Source: an uncultured bacterium
Lineage (GTDB): Bacteria; Chlamydiota; Chlamydiia; Chlamydiales; Rhabdochlamydiaceae
NCBI GenBank assembly: GCA_964569185.1
Contig: CAZMTP010000002.1
Location: forward strand, 1,227-65,226
Length of the DNA: 64,000 nucleotides
Direction: 5' to 3'
The position numbers and the translations under genes were made by a program. A model generated the notes under the pieces. It worked only from the letters and a program-made list of their open reading frames with translations, did not search any database and was not told the DNA's origin. Positions 35,516 to 46,106 of this stretch are shown here, piece by piece (the stretch's first letter is position 1; each line of letters opens with the position of its first letter).

Positions 35516-35815
35516 ATGGATCAGATCAAGCCTTTGGGGAATCGTGTTCTCGTCAAACGATCAGAAGCGAAAACTAAAAAAGGAGGCATCCTTCTTCCTG
35601 ATACAGCCAAAGAAAAACCTAGACAAGGAGAAGTGATCGCTGTGGGGCCTGGGAAATATAATGAAAAAGGGGTATTGCAAGCTGTGCGCCTGAAAGTGGG
35701 TGACCATATCCTATTTAGTTCTTATGCAGGAACCGAAGTGAATAGCCACGAGCAAGAGGCAGAATATCTACTCATTTCTGAAGAAGATGTTCTCGGGGTT
35801 CTGATCTCTAACTAA
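35516..35815 (+). CDS. groES: Co-chaperonin GroES
   Basis: KPLGNRVLVKR...GGILLPDTAKEKP...GEVIAVGPG. Immediately upstream of groEL. Confidence 0.95.
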   Translation: MDQIKPLGNRVLVKRSEAKTKKGGILLPDTAKEKPRQGEVIAVGPGKYNEKGVLQAVRLKVGDHILFSSYAGTEVNSHEQEAEYLLISEEDVLGVLISN

Positions 35816-35824
35816 CAAGAATAA

Positions 35825-37504
<1,680 letters not shown>

Positions 37505-37510
37505 CACCAG

Positions 37511-38599
37511 TTACCGCCATTTTCTGCTGGCATTTTCTTCGGTGAGATCGACCTGCGCGATAGTGTACTGTTTTTGTGCAGAGATTAAGGTCACATGGGC
37601 TTCAATAATCTTAAGTGGAAAGGGAAGTCTTAATTCTTTCACATCTCCAACAAGATGGCCAATTTTAGAGACAAGATCGCCTTGAGTCACATAGACAGAA
37701 AAAAGAGGCATTCCCTCTTTTGGCAGCTGGTCCCATAGTGCGAAAATTTCTTCAGACACTCCAGGAGGATTGATGGCAACCGAAGGTTCAGTGCTGAGTA
37801 CATTTCTTTCAAAGATAAAAGTATAAGAAGCTAAGACGCCTCCTAGACTGACACCAATTACACGTGCACTTTGTCCTCTCTCTTTCATTTTCAAAAGCCA
37901 TTCATGGATTTTGGGCCTAGCTTTCATAAATGTGGAAAGACCAGGCCCCAACACATCTAAATCACTCATAATCGAGGCCCATCCTCTCTCTGTTGAAAAA
38001 GAGAGATCTGTTCCACGGAAAAGAAGGATGGCAGGGATATTCTGATCGCCTTTGGGAGCGAGCCCAAAAGCGGGCATGCCATGCCAGAGATCGATCACTT
38101 CATCTACGATATAGGGTTGAGGAATGGAAAGTTCCATTCCTTTTTCAACAGCGCGGTAGGCAAGCACTTTGGAAAGCACTTCGTCCAAGGCAAAACGTTT
38201 TTGTTCAGCATCTTGAATCTTTTCATCGACCATTTTTAGCAAACATTCTGCCACCTTAATATCCTCTTTTTTCTTCGTCGCTTTTCCTACAAGAGGATCT
38301 GCTATGGAAAAATAGCCATAATTTTGGTCAAATCCTAGAATTTCACTGCTGGTCACAAAATAGTTTTTTTCTTGCAGCGGCTTCACAAGAATATAACTGC
38401 TTTTTTTCTTAGAAAAGGCCCAGGTGAGCATCTTATCCCAGTTTTTTAATGTTTTAGCTCTTAGTTCTCCAAGCGCTTTATGCTCTGTAGGCTCTAAGAG
38501 AAAATGGGGACACTCTTCTGCGTGAGCGGAAGCCATAAAAATAGAAAGAAAAAAAAGGCTAAGGAGCGCAAATTTTTTGCAAAGCAGGTGAAAAATCAT
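37511..38599 (-). CDS. Secreted alpha/beta-hydrolase (lipase/esterase-like)
   Basis: Signal peptide from the internal Met (MIFHLLCKKFALLSLFFLSIFMASAHA). Nucleophile elbow VIGVSLGG. Confidence 0.6.
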   Translation of the reverse strand: MIFHLLCKKFALLSLFFLSIFMASAHAEECPHFLLEPTEHKALGELRAKTLKNWDKMLTWAFSKKKSSYILVKPLQEKNYFVTSSEILGFDQNYGYFSIADPLVGKATKKKEDIKVAECLLKMVDEKIQDAEQKRFALDEVLSKVLAYRAVEKGMELSIPQPYIVDEVIDLWHGMPAFGLAPKGDQNIPAILLFRGTDLSFSTERGWASIMSDLDVLGPGLSTFMKARPKIHEWLLKMKERGQSARVIGVSLGGVLASYTFIFERNVLSTEPSVAINPPGVSEEIFALWDQLPKEGMPLFSVYVTQGDLVSKIGHLVGDVKELRLPFPLKIIEAHVTLISAQKQYTIAQVDLTEENASRKWR

Positions 38600-40457
38600 T
38601 TTGAATTTTTTCCAATGAGTAGCCGATAGAAACATCGTTAAGATCTCTAATATCTATAATTTCTAGCTTATCAGACTGAAATACTTTTCTTTTATTGAAG
38701 AAGCGCGCAAGCAATTTGTACTCGCCATTGTGAATGAGCATTTCATGAGGGATCCTGCCTGCATTAAAACGCGCGGAAAAGAGATAAGGAAATTTATTCT
38801 TGCTAAAAATTGATTCGCCATCAAAAAAATGGGCCACTTGCTGCGGATCTTCTAAAATATAATGAAAAATGGTGGGAAAGATGTCGATATGGGAACTCAT
38901 GGATGCAGCCACTATATCCTGATTGGTTCCTAATTTGTAATAAATGGGGACTGTGGTTTGCATTTTGCTTAAATTGGAGGCGTGAAATAGGTGGCCCTGT
39001 TCATAGAATTCTTCCCCATGGTCGCCCGTCACAACAACAACAGCCTCTTTCCAAATATTTTGCTCTTGCAAATGTTGAACAAAGGTTCCAAAGAGTGCAT
39101 CGATAAAATAGATCGCATTGCGGTAGCGATTTTTAATTTTTTCTAAATCATTTTTAGAAAAAAGAAGAGAAAGATAATTAATTTTATCTGTGGTGGGTTC
39201 AAAACGGGAAAAACTATTTTCTGGCCAGCTATAGCCAAAATGGGTCGATTCTAAGAAGACGATAAAACATCTTCCGCCACCTGTTTTTTCTGAAGATAGC
39301 TCAATCAGCTTTGCCATCGATTTTTGATCACTTTCATAAGCTTTTGTATCGGTACCAAAAGGAAAAAAGTAGGAAAACTGTGCCAACTTTTCTTTTTCTC
39401 CAAAAATCAATTTATCCATCTGATAAAAAGAGAGTCGGGCCGAAGATAAAACGTCGATAGAATATCCGATCTTTTTCAAGATTTGTAGAGCGGGGCTTCC
39501 TGCAGTCCATTCAGGAGACTTAATTTTATTAAAATAGAAAGGGAACTTGGAGTAGAAAATGGAGAACCAGGAGAGTTGTGTCCCATTAGCGCTAGAGAGA
39601 GCCAGTGGGGTGGAAAGATTCTCTTTTTTAAAAGCATTGAGTTGCGGCGCGACTTCTTCTGTTAAAAAATCTTCCCTTAAACTTTCAATCACAAAAATAA
39701 AAATATCCGGCTTTTTTGCTAAAGAAAAATCGGTTGTTTCAATGGCGGCGATGATGTTTTCCTGATTTGCTGGTTCTTTCAAATGGGAAGGTAATGAAAG
39801 CGTGGGAGTTTTGGAAGAGACAAAAGTGTCTTTCAGAGGAAGTGTTTTTTGATATTCTAGATAGGTCCCTTCAGATGCAAAATATTGCAAAATCTGGTCA
39901 CTGATCAGAAAAAGAAAGGGAAAGGCACAAAAGATCAATAGAGAATGGCTCAGCTTGATAAAAATCGGTCTTTTTTGCGTGATTTTTTCAGTCAAACGAA
40001 AGAAAAGCAGTCCCACCAAGAGGAGGGTGATCCCTAAGATGGCACCCATCAACCAGACAGCGAGAGAAATGTGTGTGGCATAAAGAAGCTCTTTAAAATT
40101 GGCCAAGCTCTCTTCCATCACAAATCCCAATCCGAACCAGAATGAGATATCCATCAGGCGTACCAAAAAGAAATCAACAAAGTGGGCCATGCAAAGAAAA
40201 AAAGTGAGTAGAATGAAGCAATCCTGAGCCACCTTGGGAAAAATGCGACCAATCCATGCAGATAGAATAGCTAAAAATAGAACCTCAAGCAAACTTTGAG
40301 AGATGGCATAAAAAATAAAATACCATCTAAAGATAAAAGTGCCCTGCTCTATGAGACTGGCATGGTACCCATGAATGAAAGATAAAACAAGAAAAACAAG
40401 ACCAAAGTAGATGTAATTGATCTGGATATGACTGAAAATTCTTCTGATTGTTGCCAT
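38559..40457 (-). CDS. Membrane-anchored sulfatase-family protein (LtaS/phosphoglycerol- or phosphoethanolamine-transferase-like)
   Basis: Multi-TM N-terminus and an extracytoplasmic alkaline-phosphatase-superfamily domain (IFVIESLRED..., VVVTGDHGEEF). Confidence 0.75.
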   Translation of the reverse strand: MATIRRIFSHIQINYIYFGLVFLVLSFIHGYHASLIEQGTFIFRWYFIFYAISQSLLEVLFLAILSAWIGRIFPKVAQDCFILLTFFLCMAHFVDFFLVRLMDISFWFGLGFVMEESLANFKELLYATHISLAVWLMGAILGITLLLVGLLFFRLTEKITQKRPIFIKLSHSLLIFCAFPFLFLISDQILQYFASEGTYLEYQKTLPLKDTFVSSKTPTLSLPSHLKEPANQENIIAAIETTDFSLAKKPDIFIFVIESLREDFLTEEVAPQLNAFKKENLSTPLALSSANGTQLSWFSIFYSKFPFYFNKIKSPEWTAGSPALQILKKIGYSIDVLSSARLSFYQMDKLIFGEKEKLAQFSYFFPFGTDTKAYESDQKSMAKLIELSSEKTGGGRCFIVFLESTHFGYSWPENSFSRFEPTTDKINYLSLLFSKNDLEKIKNRYRNAIYFIDALFGTFVQHLQEQNIWKEAVVVVTGDHGEEFYEQGHLFHASNLSKMQTTVPIYYKLGTNQDIVAASMSSHIDIFPTIFHYILEDPQQVAHFFDGESIFSKNKFPYLFSARFNAGRIPHEMLIHNGEYKLLARFFNKRKVFQSDKLEIIDIRDLNDVSIGYSLEKIQNDFSPALQKICAP

Positions 40458-40601
40458 TAAATTCCTTTATTACTCTTGAAGAATTATCAAGTCAATAAGA
40501 GTCTGGACTCCAAGAAAAAAATTATCGAAGAAGGATGAAAAAAAATAGACGATCTGTTTATTTTAATTTATACTTAATTGACCGATTGCCTGGAGGGGCG
40601 C

Positions 40602-41921
40602 ATGAAATTGTTGTTTTCGATTTTCGCAAGTGTCATCTGTTGTGCACTCTTTGCCGTGAGCAAAGGGGGGGAGTCTATCCACCTATTCCGTTCTGATTTT
40701 CAAGATAAAAGCTTTATTACCATTTCCTACACAAATCCATTTCAAATGAACGGGCAAGGGAAAGATCTGAAAGAATATTGGAAACAGTATCTTTTTAGTT
40801 CTCTTCTTCAGCAACGTCTGCAACAATCTCTTGCGCAAGAAGGAATCCAGTGCAGTTTCCATCCATCTACTGTTCAACATCCAAATGCCGCATACACAAT
40901 TTCTGTTAGCTGTGCATCAAGTCAGGTGGTTGAAGCGCTTGCGACTTTGAACCAACACAGTGAACAGATCAAAAAATCAGGATTTTCTGAACGAGAACTG
41001 AGAATAGCTAAAGAAAAAGCTTATTTGGGACTCTTTAAATTGGAGGACCAACATTCTGGAGAAATGGCCTGTCTTATTTCTAACCAGATCTCAAATGAAG
41101 GGGCGCAACCTAATCTCAATGTGTTAATCGAAACGTCTAAAGATTTGATCGAGATGGTCTCACTGAGTGAAGTGAGTGAATTTTCACGTGCGCAGATGAT
41201 CGATGCAAACCGTGAAATTTCAGTTGTTGTACCCAATGAAGAATCCTTTATCTCTGAAAATGAATTACGCCAAATTTTAGAAGAGCAGAAATGGGTGGCA
41301 GAAAATCAGATGTCTGGTGTGGGAACCCATGCTCTTGCAAAAGCTGTTATAGGCAATCCTCAGTGCCCTTTGATAGAAGAAGAAATGAGCGAAGAGGTCC
41401 AGCCGCAATTTGAAGAAATCCCGGTGCAGCTAGTGGCAAGTGGAACTCCAGTAGCGATGCAGCCATCAGAGCCGATGCCTGTCATAACAGAAGAAAATGT
41501 AGCTAAAATAGAGGAGATTGTTGATTACTACTCACAACTGCAGATCAATGGCGAAGAAAAAAAAATAATTTCTAAAATTATTATCACTGTTGCTGAAAAT
41601 AATGTGCTGAAACTGCTTTTTGAAAAGAAAAAGCTAGAAAAACTGGGCAAAAGAATCAATCATCTCCATCCGCTGAAGTTTCTGGGCACCATTTTGTCTG
41701 ATCAGAGGCTCCACCATTGCTTAAGAGAAATCCGAAGAAGTAGTTTTAAATGGGATGAATTTATGGGTGGTTTTGTCCGTAGAATGAATGAAGAATTAGG
41801 CCACGATAATGTTAAAAAGTATGTTCCAAGCTTTTCTTCCTTTTTTCAGGCAAATACTGCTCAATTAATGACATACATCGATCGTCGTGATTTCGAAGGC
41901 ATGGTGCTCTCTCTTCTCTAG
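40602..41921 (+). CDS. Secreted hypothetical protein; N-terminal part resembles a non-catalytic M16 (pitrilysin) domain
   Basis: GGAGGGG SD and a signal peptide MKLLFSIFASVICCALFA. The segment ...EQIKKSGFSERELRIAKEKAYLGL resembles the inactive M16 C-domain. The C-terminal ~120 aa is unassigned. Confidence 0.45.
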   Translation: MKLLFSIFASVICCALFAVSKGGESIHLFRSDFQDKSFITISYTNPFQMNGQGKDLKEYWKQYLFSSLLQQRLQQSLAQEGIQCSFHPSTVQHPNAAYTISVSCASSQVVEALATLNQHSEQIKKSGFSERELRIAKEKAYLGLFKLEDQHSGEMACLISNQISNEGAQPNLNVLIETSKDLIEMVSLSEVSEFSRAQMIDANREISVVVPNEESFISENELRQILEEQKWVAENQMSGVGTHALAKAVIGNPQCPLIEEEMSEEVQPQFEEIPVQLVASGTPVAMQPSEPMPVITEENVAKIEEIVDYYSQLQINGEEKKIISKIIITVAENNVLKLLFEKKKLEKLGKRINHLHPLKFLGTILSDQRLHHCLREIRRSSFKWDEFMGGFVRRMNEELGHDNVKKYVPSFSSFFQANTAQLMTYIDRRDFEGMVLSLL

Positions 41922-41932
41922 AGATAAGGAAC

Positions 41933-41961
41933 TTGACAGGGTTTAAAAAAATTTCTATATG
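41933..41961 (+). promoter_or_regulatory. Promoter candidate for the 41988 gene
   Basis: TTGACA (41933-41938), a 17-nt spacer, then TATATG (41956-41961). Overlapped by the near-palindrome TTCTATAT-GTTAAC-catATATAGAA at 41953-41977. Confidence 0.45.
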
Positions 41962-41987
41962 TTAACCATATATAGAAAGTATACTCT

Positions 41988-42377
41988 ATGTCAAGTGCCG
42001 TATTTTTATTTGGCGAGGCTGAGAAAGGGGAATTTTGCACCCCCTTATATTGTAAAAATCTGCTCTATCTCTTGGAGAGATTCGGAAATCCTCCAGGAGA
42101 AAGTCAGGGCATCCATTATGCGATCCAAACTCTTCTCTATCAGCGTGAGCTGGTTTTTTTTCGTGTGAGGGACGAGGGGTTTAGCGCCGAAGATTATATG
42201 TGCGGCATCCGTCTATTGAAAAATCAAGAATTAGAGTTTGCCTTCGGGGCCATCTACATGCCCGGTGTAGGTAGTGAAGAGATTATCGACGCGGCCCTTC
42301 CTATCTGTCACAACTATAAAAGCCTTCTTGTCATCACAGAAAAAGATCTCTATGATTATTTAACTCTAAATAATTAG
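41988..42377 (+). CDS. Hypothetical protein, 129 aa
   Basis: Clean ORF with its own promoter candidate. No domain recognised. Confidence 0.5.
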   Translation: MSSAVFLFGEAEKGEFCTPLYCKNLLYLLERFGNPPGESQGIHYAIQTLLYQRELVFFRVRDEGFSAEDYMCGIRLLKNQELEFAFGAIYMPGVGSEEIIDAALPICHNYKSLLVITEKDLYDYLTLNN

Positions 42378-43006
42378 CCAAAGAGTTCTTTTGCATTGGA
42401 AAGCCAGCTCTCTGCTCCGATTGTGGTCTCGGGGCCATGGCCTGGAATGACTCGTGTTTCCTTAGGAAGTTTAGACAGCGTCTTTAATGATTCCCACATG
42501 AGATGGGGTCTTGCTGTTGTAAAAGATAAATTTCCGATTGTACCTCGAAAAAGGGTATCTCCTGAGATCAGTACTTTTTCTTGTGCGATATAAAAACAGA
42601 CGCCCCCGGGTGTATGGCCAGGGGTATGAATGACCTGGATTTTTAAATCTCCGAGCTGGATGACCTCGCCATTATAGAGAAAATGGTCGGGATGAACTCC
42701 TTTAATCGGGAATAAATGGGGAAGGCCATCCGTTCCCGGCGTGATGAGATTAGGCGCATCCTCTTCATGGATGTAGAGGGGAATGCCAAATTCATTTTTT
42801 AAGATTGCAGCTTCGGCAATATGATCCCAGTGGGAATGGGTCAAAAGACATTTTTCAATCTTTAGGGAAAGGTCCTGAGCTCTAAGCATCTGATGGTCTA
42901 CGCTATCGAAGGGCGCATCCACGATGGCTCCTTTTAATGTCTTACTGCAGCCCAGAAGGATCGAATTGGTATCGGCGGGCCCGGAGGAAAAAATTTCTAA
43001 AATCAT
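42374..43006 (-). CDS. Metallo-beta-lactamase-fold hydrolase (glyoxalase II/YcbL-like)
   Basis: THSHWDH (HxHxDH), HTPGHTPGG and PGHG. Start set at MILEIFSSGP, because the track ORF extension runs into the tRNA. Confidence 0.85.
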   Translation of the reverse strand: MILEIFSSGPADTNSILLGCSKTLKGAIVDAPFDSVDHQMLRAQDLSLKIEKCLLTHSHWDHIAEAAILKNEFGIPLYIHEEDAPNLITPGTDGLPHLFPIKGVHPDHFLYNGEVIQLGDLKIQVIHTPGHTPGGVCFYIAQEKVLISGDTLFRGTIGNLSFTTARPHLMWESLKTLSKLPKETRVIPGHGPETTIGAESWLSNAKELFG

Positions 43007-43080
43007 TGCACCGGAGAGGATTCGAACCTCTGACCTCACGGTTCGTAGCCGTGTGCTCTATCCAGCTGAGCTACCAGTGC
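43007..43080 (-). tRNA. tRNA-Arg (anticodon ACG), no encoded CCA
   Basis: Reverse complement GCACTGGTAGCTCAGCTGGATAGAGCACACGGCTACGAACCGTGAGGTCAGAGGTTCGAATCCTCTCCGGTGCA folds as a 7/4/5/5-bp cloverleaf with anticodon loop CTACGAA and T-loop TTCGAAT. Confidence 0.95.
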
Positions 43081-43180
43081 GCAATCTCTATAGAAACAAA
43101 AATCATGGATGGGAAGACGATTTTTGCCAAGAATTTTGTCATTTGCTATCCTTATCTGCCATCTATTTATTTGGAGTAGG

Positions 43181-44464
43181 ATGAAAAAGAGAGAAACATT
43201 TAGCGCCTGGCTCATCTGGTTTTTAAGCTCATTATTTATGTTTTATAAGTACGCGATTGAAGTTTCCCCTAGCGTAATGACAAACGAGCTGATGAGTACA
43301 TTTAATATCCATGCAACACAACTTGGCAACCTAGCCGCATGCTATTTTTATGCCTATTTAATCATGCAACTTCCTGCAGGGATTCTAGTCGATCGCTACG
43401 GTCCACGACTTGTGACAACGCTCGCTATTTTCCTATGTTCCTTGGGGGCGCTTGTTTTTGCCTATTCGGAAACCATTGTGATGGCAGAAATAGGCAGATT
43501 TTTGACCGGAATTGGTGCTGCCTTTGCAGCAATTAATACTTTGAAATTGATTGCCAACTGGTTTCCCACTAATCGTTTTGCATTGATGGCAGGATTGATG
43601 ATGACACTTGCCATGTTGGGAGCTGTAGGAGGTCAAGCGCCCCTTTCCGCATTCATCCACCACTTAGGCACCTGGCGCCATGCGATGGGCATAATCGCTT
43701 TAATCGGTGGATTTTTAGGACTTATTTTTTGGGTTGTTGTCCGTGACCGTTCTAAGGCCCTCCATCCTTTTTACGATGTGGCGGTATCGCCTAAAAAAAT
43801 GACAATTAGAGAAGGGTTAAAGAAAATCCTATCTAACAGCCAATCCTGGTACCTTTCATTTTACAGTGGACTTGCCTTTGCCCCGGTCATGATTTTTGGG
43901 GGCCTTTGGGGAGTTCCTTTCATCATGGAAGCCTTTGACCTTTCTAAAGACCTTGCAGCCCGCAGTGTTTCTCTGATTTTTATTGGATTTGCATTGGGAT
44001 GTCCCTTTTCTGGTTGGTTGTCAGATTGGATTGGAAATCGTCGCAATGTGATGTTTGTAGGGACAATTCTGGCCCTTTTCTCAATTACCGCCGTCCTTTA
44101 TATGCCCGGACTTAGCTTCTTGATGATCAACAGCCTGATGTTTTTCTTTGGATTTTTTATTAGCTTCTTTTTGATCTGTTTCACCATGATTCGGGAGATC
44201 AATCCTCCTATTTTGGCTGCGACAGCTATAGGATTTATGAATGCGTTTGATGCTTTCTTTGGCGCTTTTTCCGACCCTTTAACAGGAAAATTTTTAGACC
44301 TAGGATGGCAAGGTAAAATGGCTGAAGGCGCGCGCGTCTTTCCAGTCCATGCCTATAAAATGGCGCTCTTGACGATCCCAGTTTATTTATTACTTTCTTT
44401 AATTTTCCTATTTTTAATCAAAGAGACCCATTGCAAAAGCAGCTATCCAGCCCAAATGCCTTGA
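43181..44464 (+). CDS. MFS transporter
   Basis: GGAG SD before the ATG at 43181. About 12 predicted TM helices. MFS loop motif (GILVDRYGPR). Confidence 0.85.
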   Translation: MKKRETFSAWLIWFLSSLFMFYKYAIEVSPSVMTNELMSTFNIHATQLGNLAACYFYAYLIMQLPAGILVDRYGPRLVTTLAIFLCSLGALVFAYSETIVMAEIGRFLTGIGAAFAAINTLKLIANWFPTNRFALMAGLMMTLAMLGAVGGQAPLSAFIHHLGTWRHAMGIIALIGGFLGLIFWVVVRDRSKALHPFYDVAVSPKKMTIREGLKKILSNSQSWYLSFYSGLAFAPVMIFGGLWGVPFIMEAFDLSKDLAARSVSLIFIGFALGCPFSGWLSDWIGNRRNVMFVGTILALFSITAVLYMPGLSFLMINSLMFFFGFFISFFLICFTMIREINPPILAATAIGFMNAFDAFFGAFSDPLTGKFLDLGWQGKMAEGARVFPVHAYKMALLTIPVYLLLSLIFLFLIKETHCKSSYPAQMP

Positions 44465-44525
44465 AGCCTGCTATTTTCATAGAGAAAAATAGACAGATTC
44501 ATGTTAGGCTAAGTGCCAATTTTTT

Positions 44526-45980
44526 ATGAAAGATCTGTTTGTCAAAAAACCTATTGAAGAGATTGTGCGCAATGCAGATGAAAATTCTGGCCTTAAGCGC
44601 AGTTTAGGGGCTTTTAATCTGACCACAATTGGGATTGGAGCGATCATTGGCGCAGGTCTTTTTGTCCTGACGGGTCAAGCAGCGGCACAATTTTCCGGTC
44701 CTGCCGTTTTTATTTCTTTTATTATTGCTGCGATTATCTGCCTTTTTGCAGCCTTGTGTTATGCGGAGTTGGCTTCCTGTATTCCTGTGGCAGGCAGTGC
44801 CTACACCTATGCTTATGCGTCCTTAGGAGAATTCGCTGCGTGGATGATTGGATGGGGATTGACGTTAGAGTATCTTTTGTCTGCTTCCACTGTGGCGGCA
44901 GGCTGGTCAGGCTATTTTGTCAGCCTCCTTCATGATTTTGGGATCCATTTGCCAAAAGTGGTGACCAATCCGATCTGCCTTTATGACCAGACTGCAGGCT
45001 GGTCCACCTCTGGAAATTTAATTAACTTGCCTGCACTGGTGATTGTGGGCGCTGTGGGTGCTTTAATTTCTTATGGCATCAAAAAAGCCTCATTTTTTAA
45101 TAATATTCTGGTCGTTCTTAAAACAGCAGTCATTCTGATTTTTGTCTTCTATGGATTTGGTTATGTGAATATGGACAATCTCCAGCCTTTGATTCCTGAG
45201 AATCAGGGCCATTTTGGTCAATTTGGATGGAGCGGCATTTTTAGAGGGGCCGGTTTTCTATTTTTTGCTTTTATTGGGTTTGATGCGCTTTCAACATTGG
45301 CTCAAGAGTCGTGCAACCCACAAAAAGATCTTCCTATTGGAATGTTAAGTTCCTTGGGGATTTCAACAATTGTCTATATTATTGTGGCCTTAATTCTTGT
45401 AGGGATTGTTCCTTATAAAGAGCTGGGAGTAGCCGATCCAATCGCAGTTGCCTTTAATGCTTTAGGTCCTAAATTTATCTGGTTGCGCATTGTGGTCAAG
45501 CTAGCGATTTTGGCTGGTCTAAGTTCGGTGATTTTGGTGCTTCTTTTGGGGCAGACCAGGATCTGGTTTTCAATGGCAAAAGATGGGTTATTGCCGAAAG
45601 CTTTTGGGCTTACGCACATAAAGACGCGCACGCCTGTTTTTTCTTCACTTGTGGCCACCTGCATTGCGATGCTGATGGCTAGCTTTTTCCCAGTGGAAAT
45701 GTTAGGCCAATTAGTATCTATGGGAGCCTTGCTCGCTTTTGGTATTGTTTGCTTAGGGGTTTTAGTTTTAAGGTATACACAGCCGCAGCTGGTGCGCCCT
45801 TTTAAGACGCCATTTTTTCCTTGGATTCCTCTTTTAGGATCGCTCTCTTGTTTTTTACAGATGGCTCTCATGCCAGGCACTATTTGGATGCAACTCCTCC
45901 TATGGATGGCCATAGGATGCACCTTCTACTTCACCTACGGCCGCACCCGCAGCAAGCTCAAAGCCGCCAATCAACAATAA
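44526..45980 (+). CDS. APC-superfamily amino acid permease (cationic amino acid transporter-like)
   Basis: LKRSLGAFNLTTIGIGAIIGAGLFVLTG signature and about 12 TM helices. Confidence 0.9.
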   Translation: MKDLFVKKPIEEIVRNADENSGLKRSLGAFNLTTIGIGAIIGAGLFVLTGQAAAQFSGPAVFISFIIAAIICLFAALCYAELASCIPVAGSAYTYAYASLGEFAAWMIGWGLTLEYLLSASTVAAGWSGYFVSLLHDFGIHLPKVVTNPICLYDQTAGWSTSGNLINLPALVIVGAVGALISYGIKKASFFNNILVVLKTAVILIFVFYGFGYVNMDNLQPLIPENQGHFGQFGWSGIFRGAGFLFFAFIGFDALSTLAQESCNPQKDLPIGMLSSLGISTIVYIIVALILVGIVPYKELGVADPIAVAFNALGPKFIWLRIVVKLAILAGLSSVILVLLLGQTRIWFSMAKDGLLPKAFGLTHIKTRTPVFSSLVATCIAMLMASFFPVEMLGQLVSMGALLAFGIVCLGVLVLRYTQPQLVRPFKTPFFPWIPLLGSLSCFLQMALMPGTIWMQLLLWMAIGCTFYFTYGRTRSKLKAANQQ

Positions 45981-46024
45981 AGAAAATCGTGTTTGTTCCA
46001 AACACGATTTGATTTCTAAAATAG

Positions 46025-46087
46025 AAAAAGGCGCAATAGACAGTCGGGGCACAATTATGTGCCCCGACTGTCTATATCCGCCTTTTT
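46025..46087. terminator. Long perfect hairpin with A-run/T-run flanks, a bidirectional terminator candidate
   Basis: AAAAAGGCG-c-AATAGACAGTCGGGGCAC-aattat-GTGCCCCGACTGTCTAT-at-CCGCCTTTTT, between the convergent permease and histidine kinase genes. Confidence 0.7.
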
Positions 46088-46106
46088 ATTTTTTTCTCTT
46101 ATTCCT

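Noticed and set aside
42924-43184. Two plus-strand ORFs (80-86 aa), and the minus-strand MRSEVRILSGA extension of the MBL gene, all overlapping the tRNA
   Set aside because: All three are translations of the tRNA-Arg sequence or its complement. The tRNA cloverleaf is unambiguous.
42374-44464. tRNA-Arg as an integration hotspot for a genomic island
   Set aside because: No integrase, direct repeat of the tRNA 3' end, or phage/ICE genes lie on either side. The neighbours are an MBL hydrolase and an MFS transporter.
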